NCBI GenBank assembly: GCA_973895155.1
Contig: OZ316892.1
Coordinates: forward strand, 25,319,233-25,383,232
Length of the DNA: 64,000 nucleotides
From: Marsupella aquatica
Lineage: Eukaryota; Plantae; Marchantiophyta
Direction: 5' to 3'
Under the pieces are notes generated by a model. It saw nothing but the letters and a program-made list of their open reading frames with translations, was not told where the DNA came from and made no database searches. Of the stretch, positions 12,950 to 24,392 are shown one piece after another (the stretch's first letter is position 1; every line of letters starts with the position of its first letter). A program made the translations under genes and the position numbers.

Positions 12950-13410
12950 CACTTTTCTGGCATACTCTGGATTCGGATTGGCGATTGGGGTTTATGAGTT
13001 AAGAATGTATTGTTGGCGTGTCGCTTCTCTGGTGATGGATGGGTTCTTTTTCGAGTGGTAGCCAGTGGCGGGCGGAGTTCGGCTTTTTCCCTGTGGTGCT
13101 TTCGCGGGTGCTTTGGCTGGTCTTCCGGCTCTAGTTGCTGTTTGGTAGTTCTCAGGGATAGGTTTGCTTTTAGTTTGGTTATTGGGGCTCCTCCTTCCTC
13201 TCCTGATCGTCCTCCTTCCAATAGGTGATCTGGTTGGCGGATGCCCATCCTCTTTTCTATGGGTGTGCTCCCTCATTCAACCCCCTTATTTTTCCTTGTG
13301 TTGGCCTGCCTCCTCCTCCCAGGCAGGTTCCTTTTGTCCCTTGGGTCAAGGGTTTGCAATAAAGTTGTTGATTTCACCGTAAAAAAATTAAAAAAAATTA
13401 AAAAATAAAA
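12950..13410 (+). mobile_element. Probable 3' end of a non-LTR retroelement (5'-truncated LINE)
   Basis: T/G-rich 3'UTR-like tract, AATAAA (~13359), A-rich tail 13381-13410; same style as the ends of the zf-RVT LINEs in this window. Confidence 0.4.
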
Positions 13411-14234
13411 TTGGTGCAGATCAACTATCACTAAACAACATAATACCAGTGCTAAAGGGTAAATACATAAGTGCAGATTTTTGGTAAGTTTACACATGCA
13501 TTCATCAGTTATTGCAATGCATACATAAGAAACATTATGTGTGAATTGACAACACATATGGGGAAGTCCCCGGGGAAGTGCATAAGGGTTGTCTTGTATG
13601 TGCAAACTACTCAAAAAAGTAGTCCTTACCAACCCACAAATGTTGGTAAAAAATGCTGCCACAAACTGCACACATTAGCACCGGCATGCATGCAAATAAA
13701 ACATGCATCTCAAACTGCACATTAATTTAGCACAAGCGCCTGTAATTAAAGATTGTTTTCATTGTTTTATGTGAGATTCAAAGCTTGGGATTGGAAGGGC
13801 TGCAAATGTTGTGGCCCTTGCCCTTGAACCTCCCAAAGTTTTGCCGTGAGGACTGGCTGAAGCAATGGGTAAGGCACAAAAGTTTCCTGCACTAAAAAGT
13901 TGCCCAAAGTTCACTTTAAGGGCCAATCTTTTGGAGACCACCACATGCAAGATGACCCTTAGTGATTTCCCATGCACTTGTTAGTTAGTGCAAAAGAGAG
14001 CACAAACCTTGCAAAATATAGAGAAGTGATATCCCATGCACCTATAACATGGTGCATTCAGTGCATAAGTGCTACGTGTTGGTGTCCCCAGATTTTGCAC
14101 TTATCCACGGTTGACTGTACTACAGGTGTAGCTATGGAATTAGTTGACCGTTTTACGAGAAAGTCATCGTCTATTCGATGAGTCCGCCACATACTCGGAA
14201 AAGCTTTCCTGAGTCATCGTCTATTCCATGAGTA

Positions 14235-14346
14235 CGTAACTCTTAATTGATAGATGATTCTCACTCCAATATGTCCGTAACTCTTCATTGAGAGATGCTT
14301 CTCACTCCAGTATGTCCGTAGCTCTTGATTGATAGATGATTCTCAC
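14235..14346. repeat. Tandem repeat, 41-bp unit x2.7
   Basis: Unit CGTAACTCTTAATTGATAGATGATTCTCACTCCAATATGTC starts at 14235, 14276 and 14317. Confidence 0.9.
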
Positions 14347-14489
14347 GATTCGGAGCCCTGAGAATCTCTGGAATTGCTCTTTGATGTGAGTCCAAACTAT
14401 CCCGAATGTTAACAATTCCGTTTCTGTCAGCTCTACGGAGAAATCAAGAGGCAAGCCCCAATTCGTCTTACGGTGAACTTGTCCTAAAC

Positions 14490-14729
14490 TCTCGTCTCCT
14501 GACTTGTCTGGCCGCCAGCCAAAAAAGAGACATTGATCTCTACAACGAGAGTATAAAGTAGAGAGATTACTCGCTCCAGATTTGTCTGGCCGCCAGTCAG
14601 AACGAGCCATTGATTTCTACAACGGGGACTGGACAGTAAAGAGATTACTCGCTCCTGACTTGTCTGGCAGCCAGCCAAAACGAGACATCGATTTCTACAA
14701 CGAGACTTAAACAAGTGAAGAGATTACTG
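14490..14729. repeat. Tandem repeat, ~79-bp unit x3
   Basis: Recurring CTCG(T)CTCCWGAYTTGTCTGGC..CCAG...GAT(T/C)TCTACAACG...AGAGATTACT. Confidence 0.9.
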
Positions 14730-16250
14730 TAAATTAGATCAAGCAGCTTCTAGGAAATTCCTTGGTCTCGGTCACAAGGTGTAAAATTCCTTGCGGCGCT
14801 TTAGAGTAAGGTCTAAAACGCATCGATGACCGTCCCTTTCAAGCGACTCCACAATTCTGCACGAGTTGCACGAGGGAAATATGGAGTTAGTATCCCGGCC
14901 AGTTCACACGTATCGAGGTGAAGGTATCACAGGCCATCGGGTTGACATGGAAAAATCCCAATTGGTACCTCTCCTCCCCAATCGTCCACCTCACAGCGAC
15001 GTGATTCGGTGTGGGTGTCCGTGTTGGTGCGCTTCACCAAATCCGTAGCGCGTGGGAGTCTATGCTCATGTTATTTAGCTTGTCGTGGCACACAACACGG
15101 AAGAGCAGAGACGCCAGTTTTCGACCACGACTTCGTCCATCACGAACCTGGCCAATTGAAATTCAATCATAGTTACACAATTGTTGCCTTCAGGAGAAAG
15201 AATGGAATCACCAGTGCTTTGGACAAAGTCCTGCAGGATGGCCAAGATGTCTGCCGCATTGGTCCCGTTGAGTCCGATGAAGGCCGCCGAGCGCTTTCGG
15301 AAAAGTTGCTGCTGCATTGGACTTGGCGAAAACGAAGAGCAGATCACACACTACCAACGCAACCGTGATGTTTCCTACATGGGGCTTGTTCGGTGCAGCT
15401 ATACTCGCCAGTGTCATTAAATTACCAACCGTTCATATTGAATAAAGCACACTGTCCACTTTACATGGTCAAAGTTCAGCGATAAGATCCTGACAGTTCA
15501 GGAATCGGCTGTGTGGATTGGATAGTTACCCGCGTTTTGATTCGTCGCGAGATCTTAGAGACGATACTATATACGTGACCTCAAAGGTCGGTGGTGATAC
15601 TGTGAGTTCCCCTCCTTGATCGGATGTATATATATATATTCATGTTTGGGTCTATCTTCTAGAGATCCAAGCGAAGACGATAGCGCATTCAACCTTGAAG
15701 GCGGGTGGTCAGATGTCAGACAGCAGCATATAAAATCTTTCGCTCCTACTTTCCTGCATTCCACTATGTATATGGCCCTCGTCCAAATCTGAAAGAAGGT
15801 CTAGGTTGGAATTGTCACGAGTTTGAAGTGAAGGCCGAATTTCTGTTTTTGTGCACTGATCGAGAAAATAGTACAAACGAACATGTACCTTGGGACATTG
15901 GATGCTCATTGCCAGTCGCAGGCTACCGTCAATTTACCTTCGAGATGCTCTGACTGACCAACTCATTGCCGGCGAGTAACCAGCTGATCAAAGTGTATCG
16001 TCTTCTTATAAGAAGCTTGAGTGGGATCACATCGACAGTTGAATGCCTATTGGAAGTCCGCAATTGTAGTGATTTCACGGATTCGGGTCCATTGAAGAGT
16101 TTTGGGGACGAAGGCAATTCTTACGATCTCGGAGGTCCGTCTAGTGAAGTATTGGGAACAACGGAAGATTCACAGAGCGGGGAGAAGAGGAATCTTACCA
16201 GTGCTGTGAAACCTCTACTGGGGCAGAACGAAGATCGCAGATCAGCAAAA

Positions 16251-18848
16251 ATGGGACTCGACGATTTCTTCGTGTTTCCTCCCGAGAACAGACCGAACAT
16301 CCCCCACGACAAATTCGATTTGGAGATTCCTGTCATTGATATGTCCCCTGTGCTCGAATTAGAGAAGCTGAAGAAGGAATTGGCGGACTTGGAGGAACAA
16401 GGGAAGATGGGGAGTTCCGGTCTCGTAGAACAGATAAGGGCCTGTGAAGTAGCCAAAATTAATGTGCAGAGGGAGATTGGAGATGCTTGTGCGGAGTATG
16501 GTTTCTTCCAGATTGTCAATCACGGTGTTCCCTCTCAACTTTTGAAGCAGCTTGTGAAAAGTTGTCAAAGCGTATTTGCCCTACCAGTCGAGGTACTTTC
16601 AAAACATACATACAGAGCCCATCAAGTGAAGTTGTTCAAATTAAAGAATAATTTTTTTTGAGCCATCCCTGTTTTTCGCAACTTCATATTCTGGAAGAAC
16701 TCAATGAGTAGGCTTTCTCCTACCAATCATCGTTGCTTGTGTTATGTGGGCTTGGAGTTAAGGCTTGTTCCCCTTAATTGGGTGTCTTTGGTCTTGTTGG
16801 CTCTTGGGGCTCAGCAGGTTATTTTAACCTTTTCAATGGTTTATACGTAGGACATAACTAGCAATGATCATGCGAAAGTACTCACTGCGTGAATTTAGTG
16901 AGTTTCCAATCCAAGAGCTTTTCATGATATAATTGTGAGCTTATCCAGTTATCTGATTCAGAAGCGTTTGAATTAATGTCCAGAAAAAGATGAAAGCTGA
17001 GGGAGCGTTTACACCTACTCTAAAGAGTGGATACGGACCCATGACTCGTGTTACTAAATTCTCCATGATCGGGAAATCTCATATTTGGAACGAGGGATTC
17101 GATTTGGAAAGTCCAGAACTCTCACACCCGGGTAGAATGGACGAGGTCGCACGCATTCTGTGGCCGGACGAGCCTGAACAAACTATGCTTGGTCTTCCGT
17201 TAACGTGAGTTACAGGATCAAATTCAAGTATTCATGAATTGTCCCTGTTTTAATCTTACTACCATTCAATGATTTAATTTCTAAGCATGCATGCCCTTTT
17301 GTGTCCCTCTGTTTCTTCTTGATCTCTACCTTTCCAGCTTAATGTTTCTAAGGTTTTAATAAGGTTCTTACTCCGTGCTTTGAGGTTGAGGTACTTTTAT
17401 TCTTCCAATCATTATTATCAAAAATCAGAGCTCAAACTCTTTAATTAGTGGCACTTTAAGGTCCTTCTGAAGGAAGAAATTTGGCAGGCCGGCAGTGAAT
17501 GACAATCTTTTCTGGTGATTACTGCCCATTTGTGAACAGATCTACATCTGAGCAGTGCGGGAAGGAACTGAGCAACGTGACAATATCCGTGCTGAATTTG
17601 ATGGCTAGTAGTCTGGGGCTTCCTGAAGAATCCTTAGAAGAATTACTGGGTCCTGATTTTCAGAATAAGCAGGTTTATGCCCGGGTCCGAATTAACCATT
17701 ATCCACAATGTGTAGAAGCTGAAAAGACCTGGGGATTTCCTGGCCACACGGACTCGAGTTTTATTACTGTTCTACACCAGGATGCTGTGGGGGGCCTTCA
17801 GGTCCGTTTCAAAGATGGGTCCTGGCATGGAGTTCGACCTATAGATGGGGCCTTGGTGATCAATGTCGGCAATTTTCTTCAGGTACTGTCCTTGTCCTGT
17901 CATGAGTTGTGATACTTCACCACATGTGCTGTAAAATTGTCTAAGAATGGTACCCAGTAAAGTCATGCATATGGGTCCTGCACACATCAAGTACCCGTTT
18001 AATCTGTTTCGCGAAGACATTGACATTTCGTGATTTGTATTCTGGACTAGAGATATAGGTCTAAATGGTCAGGAAATATATCTGTGCCTGCTTTCAATCA
18101 GGTGTATACTTTTCTTCGCGTTTCCTGAGTGGACTGTTCATACCATTTAAAGAGATAGGTCTTCCATGCATTATGTTGCTTTCACACTTCAGAGAAATCT
18201 CTCATATTAGCTCCTTAGATTCACAAGCAGTCACATCAGGCTCTTCAAAGCTGGATCGCACTCCTGGCCATGGACAGAGCTACTTGCACCTTATTCCTAA
18301 ACTGGAGCAGTCCCCACTAGATATAATTGTTGTTGAACTTGGGCCTATACTGGTTTCATTTCTGAATTGGCGTTTTTGTGTTGTCAATTCATTTCTTGAC
18401 CATCCATGCTCCATTGAGACGCTGAAAATTCGTACATCTGTGGTACATTCTAGCTAATCTCTGTCAGTGAGATTGATTTTGAGCGTGGTCAATTCGTTGA
18501 CCTTAATTACACTCCTGAAGATCGGAATGTCACAGATTATCTCATTGACAGCTTCCACGTTCATGGCATTTGGTGCAGGTGTGGACCAATCGAAGGTTTC
18601 TCAGTGCAGAGCATCGGGTAGTTACAAACGGCAAAAGTTCTCGTATCTCGGTTGCATATTTTGCACATCGACTAGACAACTTTGTTATTGGCCCATGCCT
18701 ACAGCTAGTGGATGCTGAGCATCCTCCTCGTTACAGGTCATTCACGAAACAGGAGTACTTTGCAAAACTTTTTGCCGACGGTATGGGTAAAGATAGAGAT
18801 GAGTTGCTGGACACGGCTTTTGGAGCCGGTGCACAAACCCTAAGCTGA
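16251..18848 (+). CDS. 2-oxoglutarate/Fe(II)-dependent dioxygenase (DOXC class), 4 exons
   Basis: Exons 16251-16592, 16984-17204, 17540-17882, 18579-18848 with phase-consistent GT-AG introns. Motifs IPVIDM, ACAEYGFFQIVNHGV, NHYPQC, HTD...H (GHTDSS / SAEHRV), RxS (RISVAYF). Confidence 0.93.
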
Positions 18849-19740
18849 GGGGTACAACATGTAACATATGAAAATTGTAACGGAAGCACACAAATTCTGA
18901 GCTGCACTGGATAACATGTAACAAATGACAATTGTAAAGGGCTTGTAGCTTGGCCACTCACAAGCAGATGCTTGAATTTGTACATTTTCGGTAGATCAGA
19001 AACAAGGATTTGCGACGTTAGGAAAGTTTCATGTGACAGTATTGAAGAAAAAACAGAGCATACATTTTCGTGTCCTGAGCTTGCAATGGGCATGGTCCCA
19101 GGCAAAGTCCAAACCTCCTATTCCTGGCACCTCTGCAGTAGAGGTGAACTCTGTTTGGAAATTAGTTCTCTCTATCATCTCCCCGACTTTCTTCATATTA
19201 TTCTCATTCGATATGAGGCAACGACATCGTGTGTTTGGGTCAAGTTCTAGTACCTTTCAGTTGCAAGTCTTCAGACACTGCTTTCAAAGAGGCCCCGTGC
19301 TGCAGAGGTTACCGATTTTGTCCTTCCAAAATGCGAATGGCGTTCTGTACTTTGCAATTGCCTTGATGCAAATCTCAGCTGCCTCTGCTATGCGTTTGCG
19401 TTTGATGCTGAACCGTAACGAAGGCAAACAGTGATATTTTTCCTTTAATAAAATGTTTTCAAATCAATTGTTCCTCAAAGCCATCCTCTTAAACCCGAGG
19501 TAGGGACCTGGCACAGCAACAGCGCGGCGCGCTGTCAGCTCAGGTGGTGAGGAATGACTAGTGACCAGTAGTTCTCAAGTTTAATCCTGAACAAACAGTT
19601 ATAGTCATGCACGTAACATGGGTTCTGTTCCAAGCGGTGTCGTGTGGATTGAATGTATTAAGCGCACAAAGCGCCAAAGTACTTGCAGCAAATATTACAG
19701 GTTTTTTTAATGTAACGTGTTACTAATGTAATAGTTCAAG

Positions 19741-20000
19741 TTTTTGTTTTTTTTGTTTTTTTGCCTTGAAAAAACAATTTGAAATTCATCCAAAAAATCA
19801 GCATACAAAAGGGGTGGCTCACAAAAGGGGGTCGGCACCCGGGGGGACCAAAGGTCGAGCTGCCCATGAGACCGGAGAAGCCGGCACCAGGAGAGAAGCA
19901 GGCCCAGCACAAAGGGAGCCAAACAAGAAATTTAACTACTACAGAAGGAGTGGCACACCCCAAAGACCGGCCAGTGAGGAGTGCCGGCATTTAGGGTTTA
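19741..20000 (-). mobile_element. Probable LINE/SINE 3' end
   Basis: Poly-T tract 19741-19762 (poly-A on the minus strand) next to a GC/T-rich 3'UTR-like tract. Confidence 0.4.
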
Positions 20001-20046
20001 AGTACAAGTTTTTTAGGACCTGCAGGCAAGTTGCCTGGCCTGCTAA

Positions 20047-20611
20047 GGGGTGGCTTTACAATACTTTGGGGGCACTTTGAGTGTTTTTTTACCAAAGCTA
20101 ATCTATGGGCCATTTAACATCCTAAATATAGTGTATCTGGCTAAAGGAGAATCTGGAATCATTTTAGGGCCCCCAATGTCTTGTGAAGCCAAGTGCAACA
20201 ATGGTGGAAGAATAATTTGCTAGGAGACAAGTAGGGGACCCACTTCACCTAAAAGTCACATAGTTATTTGTCTAGGCCTCTCCTTGTTCTTATGACAAGA
20301 GAAGATCTGATGAGGGGCACGTGGGTCCACTTTTAATTTAAAAGTCTCAAAAATAGGAATGGACCAAGGGACCACATGAAGAGACCTCCAAGAGAGGTGG
20401 TCTAAAATTTGGGACAAAAGCGTGCTCCACATGAGCACATTTTGGCCCCACTTCATTCCATGTAGGATCGGCAACAGGTTAGGGTGAAAGTGCCCCCAAT
20501 GTTCTACAAAGTGAACAGCTGCAGGAGTCTCTCAACAAAATGTATGGCCCTGATCACATCTTGGAGACCAGAAAAAAGCTCAAATTGCCCCAATGTCTTG
20601 TAAAGCCACCA
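20047..20611. mobile_element. Tourist-like (PIF/Harbinger) MITE
   Basis: ~33-bp imperfect TIR GGTGGCTTTACAATACTTTGGGGGCACTTTGAG / CTCAAATTGCCCCAATGTCTTGTAAAGCCACC. TAA on both flanks (20044-46, 20612-14). Internal partial TIR copies ~20168 and ~20488. Confidence 0.65.
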
Positions 20612-20633
20612 TAATAGGCAGGTTTTCCTTAGT

Positions 20634-21084
20634 TGTCACACCATTATAAGTGTAGGATAGTACATCGCGCTACCTAGGTTTGGGCTTTTGTACAAGTGCT
20701 GTCTAGGTATTTAGGGTTTGCATTTGGGGGACAATTATCCCTTTGTGGTGGCTCCACCGGCCATCTTTCAATGTAGAACCTTTCAAGCAAAGCTCTGGTG
20801 CATATGGTGTGGCTGGCCGGGTTGTGGATGTGTATGGAATGTAGAGTCCTTGGAGCGCAAGGTGCATTTGGCCTATATATGTGTGTGATTGTCTTGGGTT
20901 GGATTGGTTATGCATTGAGTTGGCATTTCAGTTGTTGAAGATTATAACATTGTGGTTTTGGGCATGTATGGACATGAATTCCACTTGTATTTCAACTCTT
21001 ATGTTTGTGATCTTGTGTTGTGCCCATGCTTTGTAATGTGTGACAAACAATGTATGTTGTGTAACAATGTCTATCCACACCACA
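20634..21084 (+). mobile_element. Solo LTR (~450 bp) of the same family as the gypsy LTR at 61952-62721
   Basis: Starts TGTCACACCATT and ends ...GTATGTTGTGTAACAATGTCTATCCACACCACA; both ends match the reverse complement of 61952-62721. Flanks TTAGT/TCATT match only 3 of 5. Confidence 0.75.
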
Positions 21085-21479
21085 TCATTTTGAAGAAAAC
21101 AATGTGAAAGCAAAACAGTTCACCTTTTAGACAATGTGGATTGAATGATGCTAATACAATAGTTACTTGAACACCTCTAAGCTGTCTCAAGTAAGAACCA
21201 GGTAAGTAGCATTTGATGTGAATGAAAGTCCACAACCACCTTTCTTGACTCCACCTTGGCCTGTAGTTCCTTTTAAGCCAGTTTCGAGTATTAATACTCT
21301 TGAGATTCTAAGTTCTGGGAGATCTCTTTAGGGTTACTCTTATTATTCTACATTGTAGACGAGCGCAAAGGTGGTCAAATATTATAAACTAACGGCCAAC
21401 AAACACCTGAAAAGAAAGGATCACCAACTCTAGAAAGAAAGGATGGACTAAGAAGAGCACGCATCTGAAATTCAACTTT

Positions 21480-22868
21480 GGTACTAGTAAGCTTCCTGCC
21501 TCCCTAACCACTGAACAGATGGTTATCCTTTATTCTCGGAACACAAAAGTCTCTGAAACGAAGCAGACTGAGGCATTACGTCTGTATTTGGCTGCCAAAC
21601 GGACCAAACAACTGACTGATTTGTGGACTCCTATTGGACGGGCCTTGGCTGAATGCATCCACTCCAGGATTAGAAACAATAGACCTGGGCTAAAAAAAAT
21701 AGACCTGGGCTAGAAACAATAGACCGAGTGGGCATGCAGAGTTCACCAGGTTCTATTCCAGGCTGAGAAGCAGCCCGGGTTTGAGCGATCAACGATTAAC
21801 CGACTGCACTGCCTAGCAGTGGTTGTGGGCTGGAAAAAACAGGGGATGAAAGTTCCCAAATGGGATGTGGGTGAATTGTACGATCACTACGACACAGGAC
21901 ATCGCTAAACTGAAACAGAGATGGGGCCAACTAGGCACACAAGGGAGTTGACAAGCAAAGTGGAAGCAACTCTGGAAGAGGCATTGGTCCCTCCCCAAGG
22001 TCCAATTTTTTATTTGGCAATTACTGAACCATGGATTCTTCACAAACGGCAGGGGTAGCCATTGGAAGGTAAGTAAGGGAATTTGCTCCAGTTTCAACAT
22101 GAGTATTGAGCACACTGAACATCTTTTCTTTTGTTGCAACAAGGTGATTGCTAGACGGCGGGAGATGTACGCCCTGGTCCAACAGTCCACCACACGGTTC
22201 CATATCACTTCCCTGTTCGAGGCCATTAGCAGTGCCATTCACATTCATAAGCGCAAACCAGGCCGACTGATTCTCATTATGGAATTCTGCAACAACATTT
22301 GGAAGGAACGGAATGCCGCCACATACTCTCAGTTTCTCAGAAGACTCTCAGGATGGATGATCCTCTGCAACACGGCTCAACACCTAAAGGTTATGCTGGA
22401 CATTTGCACCTCAAAGAGAAAGCAAATTAGAACCGCCATTGATCAATTAGCTAGTGTTCTCCAACCTTGGGAGACTAACAACCCCATCTCCCTTAGCTCG
22501 AACGTGAATGACGAAGAAGATGAATGAGATTTGGGTTCATGGTCCTTGGATTGCCAGGGCTCACCAGGGTCAAAGTAGAAAGAATCTGAGGGAGTCTTCT
22601 CCCAACCTCTTTGGGACGATTGAGTGGAGAGTGGGGTGGAGAGAAAGGAATCAGAGAGATAGGAATGGTATTCATAGATTTAGTGGTGGGGTCGATTTGT
22701 GGGCTTACATGACCTCGAGTTTGATGTGGTGGCCTTTCAAGGCCCCTTGGCCTGACTAGTTGTTTTGGTTTGTGGCCTTGTTTGCCATTGGCCGCAATCC
22801 GCTCTTGCCCGGGGGGCTTTTGTTGCCGGGAGGGGCAGGTTGGGGCTTTCGCCCTCGTTAAAAGAAAA
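21480..22868 (+). mobile_element. L1-type LINE, 5'-truncated ORF2 C-terminus (zf-RVT), decayed
   Basis: WKQLWKRHWSLPKVQFFIWQLLNHG...C..IEHTEHLFFCC...IWKERNAA is a zf-RVT signature, with upstream stops and an A-rich end ~22860. Confidence 0.8.
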
Positions 22869-23717
22869 CTAAGAACAAATGGCCAACGGATGCTTCACTT
22901 TTGTGAAGAGCGCCTTGAGTACTTGGGCATGAGCACCAAAGTACCAATTTGGGAAAATGATGCTTCACTTTTGTGAAGGACTCTCAAAGTGCTTTGCACA
23001 AGCCCTGACTTATCACTTTGCATATCAATGGAAATTAGCTGCAAACGGTCAGGAGACTTTATAAATCACATATTAGTCAAAACTGTAAAGAGTGCTATCT
23101 GGGCAGATTTTGATGTTCTGAGTCAGTCCATCCCAACTTTGGAAAATAATCCATGGGGGCTTCACAGCAAACCCCGCAGTAGGTCCATCCAGGCTTTACT
23201 TTAGTTTACCAACAGGTTTTGTAATGTGATAAATAAATAAATAAATCACAGGAGGTTGAATTCTGGCCGTAAACCCTTAAACTTGAAACAAAAGCCTGGT
23301 GGACCAAGACATTGTCCCTGCCCATCCCTATGGACTGCGTAAAGCAATCACTGCTTTTACACCGAAAAGGAGATGCAAGTGGTTGTGGATGAGAGTTGAC
23401 GACTTTGACTACCTTGGGGAGAAAGTAGGCAAGACATCATGGTGGTCTTGAGTAATAACATGACGTCTCTCATGTTCAAGGTCATCAAGTTGTCAAGTTA
23501 CTGAGGAGACCGTTTACAGGTCACATTTTAGTCAATAATGTAAATAGTGCTAATGAGTCAGTTAAATGTTCTGAGAAAGTCCATCCAAGTTTTGCCGGTC
23601 CATCCGGGCTTAATAGACAAAGCGGAGGTCCATCCTCGCTTTAGTTTACCTAGGCTTGCACGTTTGCAGTACAGGGTCCCATTCACTACAGTAGTCAAAC
23701 CCATATTTCAGCTCAGC

Positions 23718-23953
23718 AGTGTGAACTCCAATGCTATAGAAAACATGTCTTTTTCCTTCCAGACTTGACATTGGCTTCAGTACTTCGGCACTGCTCTTCC
23801 AGACTTGACATCGGTTTGTAGCTTAAGTGTGAACTCCAATGCTATAGAAAACATGTCCCTTTCCTTCAGTACTTGGGCACCGCTCTTCTAGACTTGACAT
23901 CGGTTTCAGTACTTCGGCACTGCTCTTCCAGACTTGACATCGGTTTGTAGCTT
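23718..23953. repeat. Composite tandem repeat upstream of ORC1
   Basis: AGTGTGAACTCCAATGCTATAGAAAACATGTC x2 interleaved with TTCAGTACTTCGGCACTGCTCTTCCAGACTTGACATCGG x3-4. Confidence 0.85.
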
Positions 23954-24392
23954 GACAGCTTGAAATCTGTGGGCCTGCCTCTCAACTGGATTAAGGTGTG
24001 ACGTCTCGGAGCTTTTGCAGCTGGATGATGACTGGAAGAATGTGCCTGTGGTCCTCGAAGATTACTACAGCTTGAGGATGACTTCGACTAGCTAGATGGT
24101 TTATTTCAGTTCTGTCTAATGAGTGGAACTCGTTTGCGTTCGAGAGCTCGAAGAATGTGATTGACGCCCAGCTGGTCGAAGAATTAAGGTTCTGTCAACC
24201 GACCTGAGTTTTAGCTGAGCTGATCATTTGGGTGACGACCCACTTGTCCCAAGATGATGTGATGGGGAGGGTTTCAACTCGAAGGGAAACAGGAATATAA
24301 ACGTAGTGGAGTAGAGCTGCCACAAAACAGGAGTGCAACGGTTGAGGCACTAGTTAATCCCCAAACTGCTGAAAACAGGGAGTTGGTGACGC

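Noticed and set aside
14235-14729. Repeat arrays as a CRISPR-like locus (also 23718-23953, 36531-36672, 38390-38810)
   Set aside because: Units are contiguous with no unique spacers, there are no cas genes, and the context is eukaryotic.
15075-15347. Protein-like 90-aa minus-strand ORF
   Set aside because: No recognisable domain or supporting exon chain; cannot be supported without homology or RNA data.
15966-16250. 95-aa N-terminal extension of dioxygenase 1 in the ORF track
   Set aside because: It starts at TTG with no in-frame ATG before 16251; most likely 5' UTR.
19050-19400. PPR E-domain-like words (VLELDPN...LISN) on the minus strand
   Set aside because: The match is too short, is interrupted by stops and has no PPR repeats.
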